From the IMG/VR virus record IMGVR_UViG_3300035208_007487: a stretch of 64,000 bases of DNA; one strand, given 5' to 3'. The stretch comes from a virus. Its lineage: Duplodnaviria > Caudoviricetes. Under the pieces are notes generated by a model. The model did no database searches, was not told the DNA's origin, and was given only the letters and a program-made list of their open reading frames with translations. A program made the position numbers and the translations under genes. Shown one piece after another: positions 29,241-38,950 of this stretch. Position 1 is the stretch's first letter. Every line of letters begins with the position of its first letter.

Positions 29241-30408
29241 TTTTTACATCCTCCTCTAATGCATTCAATAAATATTCTTGATATTTTTTATTTTCGCACA
29301 TACTCTTTCCAATATCATTACTAATTTTAGAAACTGGACGACCATTAACTGAAGTGATCTTCATTACAATATTAAGTATTGTGTGATTTAATCCAACGTC
29401 ATTTGTTAAATTAGTACCGACTCCAAAAGAAACATTAATTTTGTTTCCAAATTCTTCATATAGTTTAATACAATCAGGAATACTTAAACTATTACTAAAA
29501 ACCATACTTTTTGTTTTAGGATCAATTCCATATTTTTTATAATGATTTAATATTTCATAACCCCATTTAATAGGATCACCACTATCATGTCTAACTCCAT
29601 TATAAGTCTTAGTTAAGTATTCATCAAAATCTTTTAAAAACTTATTGTTAGGAAAAATATCACTCAAAGCTATTAAGAAATTATTTCCCCATAATCTATT
29701 CCAATCATATAAACATTTAATTTGAGAATCAAGTGGATGATTGATTCCTTGATAAAATTGCAAAATAGAATGTCCCATTGTACCTAAAACATTAATATTA
29801 AATATTTTACCTAATTCTACATTTGAAGTACCTAATATATTATCAGTTTCACTTATTAATCTACTTAAAACATGTAAATGCCATTCTTTACTAAATCTGC
29901 GTCTAGTTCCAAATTCCATTAGTTTAATATTAGGATTATTGTTCAATAGCTCTATCTTGCTAGTTAATAATTCATCCCCTTTTACTTCAAAATCCTCTAA
30001 TTCTTTACGCGAATATAATTGCTCATTAAATGTCTCATTTACTATTGATAATACTGGAATATCCAATAATAATGTAGTCCAATACTCTCCTTTAACTTTA
30101 ATGTTTAAATTATTATTAATAATACTAACAATTATTCCATTTTCATCAAATGGTACATTATTATTAATATATTCATATAAGAAAGATAATTTATCATAAC
30201 ATATTTTATTTAAATATTTAACTTCATTGTTAGTAAATCTTAATTTAATATATTCAGATAATTGATATCTAACACTATCTGCAATATTGGATAGATTAAT
30301 ATCATTGCGGCACTTAAAAGAATATTCTACCCAATTTCCACTATGCTGTTTAGCTAGCGCAAGCATAGTAAACTGGTAAACATCAGTATCTAGAAAACTA
30401 GTTAACAT
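29233..30408 (-). CDS. pncB: Nicotinate phosphoribosyltransferase
   Basis: SFLDTDVYQFTM, EFGTRRR, GTSNV, GTMGH, GVRHDSGDP, FGVGTNLTND, NIVMK. Confidence 0.92.
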   Translation of the reverse strand: MLTSFLDTDVYQFTMLALAKQHSGNWVEYSFKCRNDINLSNIADSVRYQLSEYIKLRFTNNEVKYLNKICYDKLSFLYEYINNNVPFDENGIIVSIINNNLNIKVKGEYWTTLLLDIPVLSIVNETFNEQLYSRKELEDFEVKGDELLTSKIELLNNNPNIKLMEFGTRRRFSKEWHLHVLSRLISETDNILGTSNVELGKIFNINVLGTMGHSILQFYQGINHPLDSQIKCLYDWNRLWGNNFLIALSDIFPNNKFLKDFDEYLTKTYNGVRHDSGDPIKWGYEILNHYKKYGIDPKTKSMVFSNSLSIPDCIKLYEEFGNKINVSFGVGTNLTNDVGLNHTILNIVMKITSVNGRPVSKISNDIGKSMCENKKYQEYLLNALEEDVKNV

Positions 30409-30426
30409 TTTATTTTCTCCTGTTGA

Positions 30427-31302
30427 TTAAGATTTGTTTCTAACTGCCAAAATCACACTCTTGTTTCTTTTTAATATTTTACTAATATCTTCATCTGAAT
30501 AATTTAATTCAATCAAATATTCAATATTAACTCTATCTATTATTTCACTATTTTCGTCACAATTAATATTATTCATCTTTAATGTTTCACATACAATTGA
30601 TTCACTGCACCCAACTACTTTAGCTATTTTTGATTGGCCCACTCCATCAATATGCAAAGAAATAATTAAATCTCTATCTACTCTTTTATTATAATTATTT
30701 TTTAATGAAGCTATTTTCTTATATATTTCATCTTTATATTTTTTAAACATTTCAATGTTTGCATGTTCATCTCTATGACAATTTGAGCATAATACTTTAC
30801 ATTTATCTAATTCGCTATATATTAAATCAATGTTTTCATTTATTTTATTTTTAGTAAATACTACTAAATCACTTATTCCATATTCCTTATTAATAATATG
30901 ATGGAATTCTAATGATTGTATCGTTTTATTATACCCACATTTTTCACAACTATTAATATTTTTATATTTTAGAAACAATTCTTTATTTAAAAATGTTTCA
31001 TATTTACTATCATCTACATGATGTAATTCTCTATGACAATTTCCGCACAAACATATACATTTTAAGCTTTCTTTATATAACTTCTCATAAGAAAAATCGC
31101 CTTTAGTACCAATTTCAAATAATTTAGTATTTGGATCTAAATGATGAAATTGATATATCCAGGGTCTATCTAGATCAGATATTCCGCATTTTTGGCATCT
31201 GCCTCCGTGAGCTTGGATTAATTTTATCTTCTTAGCCATTTTTATAATATAGCGGCTTATTTTTGTTTTATTTAAATCTCTATTTCCTTTATAATAACTC
31301 AT
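30427..31302 (-). CDS. Homing endonuclease with two HNH domains and C-terminal HTH
   Basis: Two copies of CxKCG..FHH..KC..LC.NCHR..H. Confidence 0.85.
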   Translation of the reverse strand: MSYYKGNRDLNKTKISRYIIKMAKKIKLIQAHGGRCQKCGISDLDRPWIYQFHHLDPNTKLFEIGTKGDFSYEKLYKESLKCICLCGNCHRELHHVDDSKYETFLNKELFLKYKNINSCEKCGYNKTIQSLEFHHIINKEYGISDLVVFTKNKINENIDLIYSELDKCKVLCSNCHRDEHANIEMFKKYKDEIYKKIASLKNNYNKRVDRDLIISLHIDGVGQSKIAKVVGCSESIVCETLKMNNINCDENSEIIDRVNIEYLIELNYSDEDISKILKRNKSVILAVRNKS

Positions 31303-31346
31303 ATTTCATGTGCCTCACTATTATTTAGCAAATGCACATGAAGTAT
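31301..31346 (-). promoter_or_regulatory. RBS-sequestering hairpin with late promoter in the loop
   Basis: ttcatgtgc/gcacatgaa stem around CTAAATA and GAGG, ending 3 nt before the ATG. Confidence 0.7.
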
Positions 31347-31368
31347 TTTATTTTATAAATTAATATAA

Positions 31369-31405
31369 CAAAAAATGGGCCAGCTTTAAATATAAAACCG
31401 GCCCA
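31369..31405 (-). terminator. Probable terminator after thyX
   Basis: tgggcc..ggccca stem followed by a U-run on the minus strand. Confidence 0.5.
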
Positions 31406-31427
31406 ACACCTAAATAACTAATATTTT

Positions 31428-32996
31428 TTAATTATTACTATTAGCTTCAATTTTGCTTTGAATAACTTCTTCTTGTTTTCTTCTATCAGAATATTCATTA
31501 AGATTTACTCTAATGTGCTTTGATAAAGATTTAAAATTATTGTCAAATAATTTATACATAGCCTGAGCTAATCTTCTGTATGAGTAATGTCCAGCTTCAC
31601 CACTTCTTAATTCAATTATATAGGCTAATTCTTTAAAATTACATTCTAATATAAATCTAACATTATGGCCTAATAATAATGCATATTCTGAATTATTATT
31701 TTTATCTTTTATTAATTTAGAATTTAATTTTGAATACTCTTCAAATAAGCTTATATATTTTTCTTTAATATCTAATAATTTATAATCATTTAAAGATTCT
31801 GGAATAGAATATCCTCTTAATGAACTCCATTTTTCAACAATTTGAGTGCAATTACGATGTCTTTGCAAATCTCTAAATGCTCCAATATCACAAATTACTT
31901 CAAATTGAATCATTCCAACTGCACATTCATCTGGAAAATCATCATGAATGCCTCTTTCTTCAAATGCTAAATTAAATACCTCATCCAATCCTAATGAAGT
32001 ATCTACTAATACATTACTATCAAATAATCCAGTTGCATTTATTAAAGAATATGCTACTTCAAGCTCAATATTGCTAGCTGAATTTAAGTACACTCCAGGT
32101 TTTGATTCATTTAGGGGTAATTCTTTTATTTCAGTTGAACATATTTTCTTAGCTAAAGCGCCTAATCTTCTATTTAAAAATGTATTTTTTTCAACATGAT
32201 TAATTAAAGCAGCGGTAATTTTGCCACATTCTATTTTTAATTTTTCTCCAATTTCTACCACTTCTGGAAACTCAGACGTTAATAATTTAGATATCCATCG
32301 TTCTGTTTCTCTAGTGCTCATAGTTGCACCTAAAGATGTTTTAATTGTGGTTGGAAGTAAATATCTAGCATCATCAAAAGCTTTAGCCGAACAAGTTCTA
32401 ATCCAAGCATTTTGATTCTTAAAATCACTTTCAGGAATTATTTCCTTATAATACTCAATTAATCTAGATTTAGCTTCTGAATATACTTGCATTGCTTTTG
32501 CAGATAATTCATCTATAGCTTTATCAATTAAAATATAAGAATCTCCAGAAAAATCCATATATCTAGTTGATTTTTCTTGAAAAGCGGCTAATTTAGATTC
32601 TTCTATAAACTTAGAAGCTCTAATACTAACACCTTCAATAGCCATCATATTAAATGCACTATCTTTTAAGCTATTATGCCCATATTCAATAGACCACTTA
32701 GCCATAAATTTATTAGCTTTTTCCATTATTTTTGCTATATAATTATTAGTAGCTGGTAAATCATTAGTAAAAGATGATAATAATTGATAATATTCAATTG
32801 ATTCTTCTTTAGCTAAATCCTTTAATACCTTTAAAAATCTATCTCTTAAAGATAATCCTGATCTAGAATAGCCTCCTAATAATAATCCCCAAATTGATAT
32901 TGGCATATTATCAGTTGCACAATAAACATTTGAATCATTGTTGGTAAAATAATAAGACAATATAGCCGTTTCAAGCTCTTCAATTGTATTTGGCAT
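31428..32996 (-). CDS. thyX: FAD-dependent thymidylate synthase, tandem two-domain type
   Basis: YGHNSL, QEKSTRY, DARYLLP, RDLQRHR, IELRS..GH.SYR. Confidence 0.88.
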   Translation of the reverse strand: MPNTIEELETAILSYYFTNNDSNVYCATDNMPISIWGLLLGGYSRSGLSLRDRFLKVLKDLAKEESIEYYQLLSSFTNDLPATNNYIAKIMEKANKFMAKWSIEYGHNSLKDSAFNMMAIEGVSIRASKFIEESKLAAFQEKSTRYMDFSGDSYILIDKAIDELSAKAMQVYSEAKSRLIEYYKEIIPESDFKNQNAWIRTCSAKAFDDARYLLPTTIKTSLGATMSTRETERWISKLLTSEFPEVVEIGEKLKIECGKITAALINHVEKNTFLNRRLGALAKKICSTEIKELPLNESKPGVYLNSASNIELEVAYSLINATGLFDSNVLVDTSLGLDEVFNLAFEERGIHDDFPDECAVGMIQFEVICDIGAFRDLQRHRNCTQIVEKWSSLRGYSIPESLNDYKLLDIKEKYISLFEEYSKLNSKLIKDKNNNSEYALLLGHNVRFILECNFKELAYIIELRSGEAGHYSYRRLAQAMYKLFDNNFKSLSKHIRVNLNEYSDRRKQEEVIQSKIEANSNN

Positions 32997-33286
32997 TACT
33001 TGCCCACCTTGGGTAAAGAATCGCCGGTAGCTCGTCTATGTGCCCGAATAAGCACTCTTGAGTCAATTGGATCAGTCTGAATATTATTAGATATTGATAA
33101 TACTAGCCATTCAATCCAAATTCCTTCATCATTTTTTATTTCTAAAATTTTTCCTATTTTAGCTAATTTTAATGGGATTAATACTACTGTTTGAACCACT
33201 TCATAATTAATTTTACGAACTAATGTGCATTGCTTAAAATCACCTTTAACTACTCCACTATCATTTTGAGAAGTATTTACATTCAT
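32996..33286 (-). CDS. Hypothetical protein
   Basis: 96-aa coupled ORF. Confidence 0.55.
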   Translation of the reverse strand: MNVNTSQNDSGVVKGDFKQCTLVRKINYEVVQTVVLIPLKLAKIGKILEIKNDEGIWIEWLVLSISNNIQTDPIDSRVLIRAHRRATGDSLPKVGK

Positions 33287-33744
33287 TTCTTTTTTCCTTT
33301 TTTACTATCTATTGCTTCAAATTCCTTAGAATTTCCATACCAATTTATTAAATTAACATTATCATCACAGGTAGTTTTAACTAATATAAATGGATCATAC
33401 CCATATATATCACCCATAACTAAAAATTCTTCACTTTCAGAAACTGATGATAATTTACTATCATCTTTTAACATTAATCCGCCTTCAATAGCTTTATATA
33501 TATTCGCAACTGAAGTTAATTCATTAGAAAATCCTAATAAAATTCTACCTTCTTCATCAAATTCTTTTAATATAATATCTCTAGGATTCTTAGTACTTAC
33601 ATAAACTCCAGATGGTATATCTGGATTTATACTAATTTCATGCAAATCAGTTAAAGTGTCAAATGTATAATAATCATCAAATTCATATAGATTTAGATTA
33701 TTATGTTCATTTATCATATCTTTAATGAAATTACTTAGCGACAT
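33283..33744 (-). CDS. Hypothetical protein
   Basis: 153-aa coupled ORF. Confidence 0.6.
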   Translation of the reverse strand: MSLSNFIKDMINEHNNLNLYEFDDYYTFDTLTDLHEISINPDIPSGVYVSTKNPRDIILKEFDEEGRILLGFSNELTSVANIYKAIEGGLMLKDDSKLSSVSESEEFLVMGDIYGYDPFILVKTTCDDNVNLINWYGNSKEFEAIDSKKGKKK

Positions 33745-34006
33745 ATTGCTGTAAACTTTCTACTTCATTTATTAATTCAGGATCAATATCTATTTCTAGC
33801 AATTTTGCAAAATCCACATTATATGTGAATTTTTTTTCTTTAACATTGTATTGTAATTTTAAATTAGGATCGCTTGCTTCGCTTTTACTCAAAGATAATG
33901 CATTCAATAAATCATTAAATTTAGGCAAAGTTTCTTTTCTCGAATAAAGCTCACCTATTTCATCAATCGCTTGCAATCTCTGATTCAATGTCAGGCTTAG
34001 TTTCAT
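33731..34006 (-). CDS. Hypothetical protein
   Basis: Likely start MKLSLT at 34006. Confidence 0.55.
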   Translation of the reverse strand: MKLSLTLNQRLQAIDEIGELYSRKETLPKFNDLLNALSLSKSEASDPNLKLQYNVKEKKFTYNVDFAKLLEIDIDPELINEVESLQQYVAK

Positions 34007-34310
34007 TGCGTTTCTTTCTAGTTTTTTTAGGAGGTAATGGTAATAATTCATTATTATCTTCAATAATTTTATCAATTTTAATAGTAATCATTTTATCAAA
34101 TTTAAATATACTAGCTTCTACGTCTTTTAATTTCCAATTATTAACATAGCTATTGTATACATCTTTGACTATTTTTTTGTCTTCGGGAGTATGATATTGA
34201 AATAAACCTGGGCAGTCATCAGAATATAGCCACCCACCATCTATCCAATATCTATATTTATCTGTAACATGACTGAAAGCAATAAATTCCTTACATTTAG
34301 TATAATCCAT
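33963..34310 (-). CDS. Hypothetical protein
   Basis: 115 aa; TATAAT 6 nt upstream. Confidence 0.55.
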   Translation of the reverse strand: MDYTKCKEFIAFSHVTDKYRYWIDGGWLYSDDCPGLFQYHTPEDKKIVKDVYNSYVNNWKLKDVEASIFKFDKMITIKIDKIIEDNNELLPLPPKKTRKKRNETKPDIESEIASD

Positions 34311-34322
34311 ACATTAATTATA

Positions 34323-34589
34323 TCATTTATTTGAAACAGCTACTTCAACATAGTCTCCTGAATTTCCTAATAAAATAGTCGAGCCATTTTTGTTTAATAA
34401 ACGTGTCCTATCTATCGTATATTCCCCAATTCTAAATAATATTTCAGGATTAGTTCCTGGAACTTTTTCATTTATTATGCTATCTATTACTGCAATTGAT
34501 ATTGTAGGAGTACTCGTTCCACTATAATCTCTAAAAATCACAGCATCCCCTTTAGCTACGTTACACATTTCTTTAATTTCAATTATCAT
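34323..34589 (-). CDS. Hypothetical protein
   Basis: 88-aa coupled ORF. Confidence 0.55.
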   Translation of the reverse strand: MIIEIKEMCNVAKGDAVIFRDYSGTSTPTISIAVIDSIINEKVPGTNPEILFRIGEYTIDRTRLLNKNGSTILLGNSGDYVEVAVSNK

Positions 34590-35053
34590 TACTTATCTCC
34601 ACTTCTTCTGCATACGATTACTTCAGGATATACTGAGAATATGATTGATTCTACTGTTTTCCAATCACCTCCGCCTAATCCACATCCAATCTTAAATGGA
34701 ATGTAAACTGGTTTATGTTTAATATTCACTAATTTGAGAAAAGTGAAGCATGATTTAATGGCTTCGTAGCTAGTATATAATTTTCCATCATAACCATAAT
34801 CATATTGCATGAATGCATTAACTATTTTTAAGTTATCATTGATGGTTACAATATTGTTTGTTCCTAATATTGCATCTGCTTCTCCATTATTATAATAATC
34901 TTTTATTACTTTTGAATAGCCATTAAAAATTATTGGGTATTTTTTTCTAAGTTGACCCGCAACTCCACTACCCATTCTACCCCTGCAATTAACTTGATGA
35001 ACAATAAATCCCTCATCAATTAATGTAATATCTTTTTCAATCTCTTCTAGCAT
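34589..35053 (-). CDS. Macrodomain (ADP-ribose binding/hydrolase) protein
   Basis: DIT..IVHQVNC.G.MGSGVA..L.KKYP; PFKIGCGLGGGDW. Confidence 0.9.
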   Translation of the reverse strand: MLEEIEKDITLIDEGFIVHQVNCRGRMGSGVAGQLRKKYPIIFNGYSKVIKDYYNNGEADAILGTNNIVTINDNLKIVNAFMQYDYGYDGKLYTSYEAIKSCFTFLKLVNIKHKPVYIPFKIGCGLGGGDWKTVESIIFSVYPEVIVCRRSGDK

Positions 35054-35065
35054 TAATTATTCCTC

Positions 35066-35518
35066 TTAATTACAATGCATTTGAATGTCGTCTTCAGTAA
35101 ATACATAAAACAACATTCCATTTGCAGTAGCATATGCGTTAGCTGCTTTAAATTTAGCATTATTCACTACATATTGCTTAGTTTCAGTCATTACAGTTTT
35201 TTTAGATCTATGCTCAGTTTTAGGCGGATTTAATTGCTTTTTTGGTTTAACTTCAATTAATATACGTTTACGTTCACCATTTTGTCCAGCTATCTCAACA
35301 TAAAAGTCTACAAAATATCTATGGATTTTCCCATCTAATGGAGACATATAGGGCACTGTAACTAATTCACTACCCCATTTAACGATATTATCATTATTAT
35401 CTAAAAACCACATCACTCTACGCTCCCAAGATGATCTAAAATTAGGAGTATGATCTCCTAAATATTTTTCTTTATTTATTGGGTGATATAATCCAATTGG
35501 TGGTAACTTAGAATTCAC
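35066..35518 (-). CDS. Head completion nuclease (T4 gp4-like)
   Basis: RSSWE, WGSE, PY.SP.DG..HRYFVDF, IEVKP. Confidence 0.9.
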   Translation of the reverse strand: MNSKLPPIGLYHPINKEKYLGDHTPNFRSSWERRVMWFLDNNDNIVKWGSELVTVPYMSPLDGKIHRYFVDFYVEIAGQNGERKRILIEVKPKKQLNPPKTEHRSKKTVMTETKQYVVNNAKFKAANAYATANGMLFYVFTEDDIQMHCN

Positions 35519-35523
35519 ATATA

Positions 35524-35664
35524 TTATTTAGAATATAATTTTTTTAAATATTCTCTCATCTTAATATAATCCAATTCAGCTTTCTTAGCTCTAATTTTAG
35601 TATCTTCTGATATTTCATCAATACTCTTCTCTGATTGAGAAGATTTTGACTTCTTTGTTTCCAT
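35524..35664 (-). CDS. Small hypothetical protein (46 aa, METKKSKSS...)
   Basis: ORF read by hand that fills the gap between two genes. Confidence 0.5.
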   Translation of the reverse strand: METKKSKSSQSEKSIDEISEDTKIRAKKAELDYIKMREYLKKLYSK

Positions 35665-35665
35665 T

Positions 35666-35977
35666 TTAAATTCGATTTAAATTAGAATTAATATCTTTAA
35701 CAATATCTAAAATAACATTTAAACTTTTATTACTTAATTTTTCTTTATTTTTAGTAGTATATTTATCAATATTAAAAATCGTATACTTAACTGAACTAGT
35801 ATATCCTAATAAAAATTGTTTTAATAATGCAACTCTAGTATATTCAACAAATTCTTCATCATCTTGTTTATTAGCAAATTGGCATAATGCTTTAAGAGAG
35901 CTTTCAAATTCATCGTAAATACCTAATTCTATTAATAAAGAATCTGTATTGTTTACTATTTCAGCTTCGTCGTTCAT
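35666..35977 (-). CDS. Hypothetical protein
   Basis: 103-aa ORF. Confidence 0.55.
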   Translation of the reverse strand: MNDEAEIVNNTDSLLIELGIYDEFESSLKALCQFANKQDDEEFVEYTRVALLKQFLLGYTSSVKYTIFNIDKYTTKNKEKLSNKSLNVILDIVKDINSNLNRI

Positions 35978-36393
35978 CTTGCTAAGATTATCCCAGATGG
36001 AGTGGTTGGATTACTAAGTAAATATTTTTTCTCTAATTCATCATATTCTTTTGATAATTTACCATATTCATTTATTAACCCAGATATTGTAACATTTTGG
36101 CTCTGAATTAATGATAATAAATTTTCAGTAGTAGTTGCATCAAAAACTTCAACATATAATGTAGCAGTTTTTTGATAATACTTTCTAAAATACATTATAT
36201 CTTCTTCATCATCAACATTAATAGTTGGAGTCCATAGTAAATAATATTTGCTTCCTTTTGCTGTAGTAGACGATTCAATTGATTCAACAAATCTATGTTC
36301 AACTGAACTACTGCAAACATAAGCCTTTTTCTTACTTCCCTCAACGAGTTCTAACTTACTACCACAAAATGGGCAAATGTAATTCTTAGTCAT
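35974..36393 (-). CDS. Zinc-ribbon protein
   Basis: CPFCG..C....H at the N-terminus. Confidence 0.6.
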   Translation of the reverse strand: MTKNYICPFCGSKLELVEGSKKKAYVCSSSVEHRFVESIESSTTAKGSKYYLLWTPTINVDDEEDIMYFRKYYQKTATLYVEVFDATTTENLLSLIQSQNVTISGLINEYGKLSKEYDELEKKYLLSNPTTPSGIILAR

Positions 36394-36417
36394 ATCAATC
36401 CTTTAATTAATTATAAC

Positions 36418-36444
36418 AAAAAGACCTCAATCGAGGTCTTTTTT
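36418..36444. terminator. Bidirectional terminator after nrdJ
   Basis: aaaaagacctc-aatc-gaggtcttttt. Confidence 0.75.
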
Positions 36445-36447
36445 GAA

Positions 36448-38922
36448 TTATCCACATTTAGCATAGCCGCAATGAGTACACATTAAACAGCCTTCAATAT
36501 ATGAAATATCTCCTCCGCAATTTGGGCATTTTTGCTTAGATGAAGTGCCATCTTTAATATATTTCTTCAAAACTCTAGCAATTATCCTAGAAAATGAATA
36601 CATATCAGATGCTTTATCCTTTTGAATTTGCTCAACTATAATATGAATCGGTGTCCCTATTCTCAATAATAAAGAAATCATTCTGGTAAATGCACCCTGA
36701 GTAGGATTCTCAAACATATTAACTACATCTTTTATTTTCCCAGTTTCATCTCCATCTGAATATACTAATTCATATATAGATAATCCATCATCATTTTTAC
36801 CGCATCTATCTAAGAAACCATGCTTAATTTTTTTAGGTAATTCAACTTTAGAAGATAGCCCTCCAAATAATTCATAAGGCTTTCCATCTAATTTACCAAT
36901 AAAAATTGTCCATGCTTGCGAATTTATTATAGCTTGATGAATATCACACTCTAATCTCTTAGGTCTAGTTATTGAATGAACTTCTCCGCATGTGCATTCT
37001 TCATTTTTAGTTTCTTTTTTAGTAATTAATACTCCATCTCGACATCCATCTCTATATACAGTGAATCCTTTGCATCCAGATTCCCAAGCTTTCATATAAA
37101 TATCTGCAACTAATTCTTTAGTTGCAGAATTAGGAAGATTACATGTTTTAGAAATACTATGACATATCCATTTCTGAGCCACAGCTTGTATTTTTACTGA
37201 AGCTAACCAATCTACATCATTGGCAGTAGCTTTATAATACGGAGATTTATCAAAATCTTCATAAGTATATCCAGTTACATCCATCCATTGCTTAAATCCT
37301 TCATGATATACTTCAAATACTTGCCATTTATCCCCCAATGAATCAATGTAATCAACTTTTTCATTTGAATTACTTAAATTTATTTTTTTACGTCTTGAAT
37401 ATTTTATTGCAAATACTGGCTCAATACCTGATGTAGTTTGAGTCATCATTGAAACTGATCCAGTTGGAGCAGTGGTAGTTAATGCAATATTTCTTCTACC
37501 AAATTTTTTATATTTTTCTTGAACTTCAATTGGTAAATTACTAATTACTCTAGATACAAACACATGGTCTTTTTCTAATTCATAATTAAATATTGGAAAT
37601 GAACCACGTTCTTCGGCTAATTCAATAGAAGATTCATATGCACTGACTTCTAAAGTCTTGTATATTTTTTCAGTCACTTCTATTGATTCATCAGAACCGT
37701 ATCTAATATTTAATGCAGCTAATGCATCACCTAAAGCAGTTATACCTAGTCCAGTTCTTCTACCTTTTAAGCAAGTTTCTTTAATTTTATTCCATAATTC
37801 TAATTCAACTCTTTTTATTTCATAAGGCTCTGGATCTGATTCAACTTTGGCTAATATTTTATCAATCTGTTCAAGCTCAATATCAATCATATCATCCATT
37901 AATCTTTGAGCAATCTTAGTTATCTTAATAAAATTCACATAATCAAAATATGCCTTTTTTGTAAATGGATTTATTACAAAAGATTTTAAGTTTTCACAAA
38001 TTAATCTGCAAGAATCATAAGCAGGTAATACAATTTCTCCACAAGGATTTGTTGCAATACTTCTGAATCCAAAATCTCCATATATATCACTTGGCGTATA
38101 TTTTAATGCGTTATCCCAAAATAATAATCCAGGTTCAGCCGATTCCCAAGCTGCAAAAATTATTTGATTCCATATTGATCTAGCGTCAACCATCTTACTT
38201 ATTGATGGATTATCAGAATCAACCGGCCATCTTTGCTCATAATCGGTGCCATTTTTTACAGCATTCATGAATTCATCAGTTAATTTGACTGATATATTAG
38301 CACCTGTAATTCTAGTCTTATCTCTTTTTATGTTAATGAATGTTTCTATTTCAGGATGATGCACCGAACATGCTTCTAATAAAGCACCTCTTCGGCCAGA
38401 TTGTGCAACTTCTCTAGTAGTATTGGAAAATCTATCCATATAGACGCCAATTCCATCAGTGGTTTTAGCAGCATTTGCTACTGGAAGACCAGATGGACGA
38501 ATATTTGAAATATCATGTCCAACTCCACCTCTTCTTTTCATTAATTGAGCTTGCTCTTCGTCTGTTCTATGTATTCCACCCATAGAATCATAAGCTGAAT
38601 CAATAACAAAGCAATTACTAGCAGACTGAGTATTATAAGGATTTCCAATTGCGCTCATTGGAGAACCCTGGGGAATTATATATCTAAAATTTTCAAATAA
38701 TCCATATATAGTATCTTTATCTAAAGAATTTGGATACTTTTTTTCAATCCTTGCAAATTCTCCAGCTAATCTTTTATGCATTTCATTAGGAGTTAATTCA
38801 TAATAAATATCACCATCTTTCAACGCATATTTGTCTGCAAAAACTTTTGCAGCCATTTCATCACCATTAAAATATTTAATAGATTCTTTAATTACTTCTT
38901 TGTAAGTAGCCATGATTTCCAT
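36448..38922 (-). CDS. nrdJ: Class II (B12-dependent) ribonucleotide reductase
   Basis: SNCFV, GGVG, RRGA, TNPCGE, APTGS, SISKTCN, C-terminal Zn ribbon; no beta subunit nearby. Confidence 0.9.
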   Translation of the reverse strand: MEIMATYKEVIKESIKYFNGDEMAAKVFADKYALKDGDIYYELTPNEMHKRLAGEFARIEKKYPNSLDKDTIYGLFENFRYIIPQGSPMSAIGNPYNTQSASNCFVIDSAYDSMGGIHRTDEEQAQLMKRRGGVGHDISNIRPSGLPVANAAKTTDGIGVYMDRFSNTTREVAQSGRRGALLEACSVHHPEIETFINIKRDKTRITGANISVKLTDEFMNAVKNGTDYEQRWPVDSDNPSISKMVDARSIWNQIIFAAWESAEPGLLFWDNALKYTPSDIYGDFGFRSIATNPCGEIVLPAYDSCRLICENLKSFVINPFTKKAYFDYVNFIKITKIAQRLMDDMIDIELEQIDKILAKVESDPEPYEIKRVELELWNKIKETCLKGRRTGLGITALGDALAALNIRYGSDESIEVTEKIYKTLEVSAYESSIELAEERGSFPIFNYELEKDHVFVSRVISNLPIEVQEKYKKFGRRNIALTTTAPTGSVSMMTQTTSGIEPVFAIKYSRRKKINLSNSNEKVDYIDSLGDKWQVFEVYHEGFKQWMDVTGYTYEDFDKSPYYKATANDVDWLASVKIQAVAQKWICHSISKTCNLPNSATKELVADIYMKAWESGCKGFTVYRDGCRDGVLITKKETKNEECTCGEVHSITRPKRLECDIHQAIINSQAWTIFIGKLDGKPYELFGGLSSKVELPKKIKHGFLDRCGKNDDGLSIYELVYSDGDETGKIKDVVNMFENPTQGAFTRMISLLLRIGTPIHIIVEQIQKDKASDMYSFSRIIARVLKKYIKDGTSSKQKCPNCGGDISYIEGCLMCTHCGYAKCG

Positions 38923-38950
38923 ATCCTTGTGAGATTATTTAGTGAAAAAA

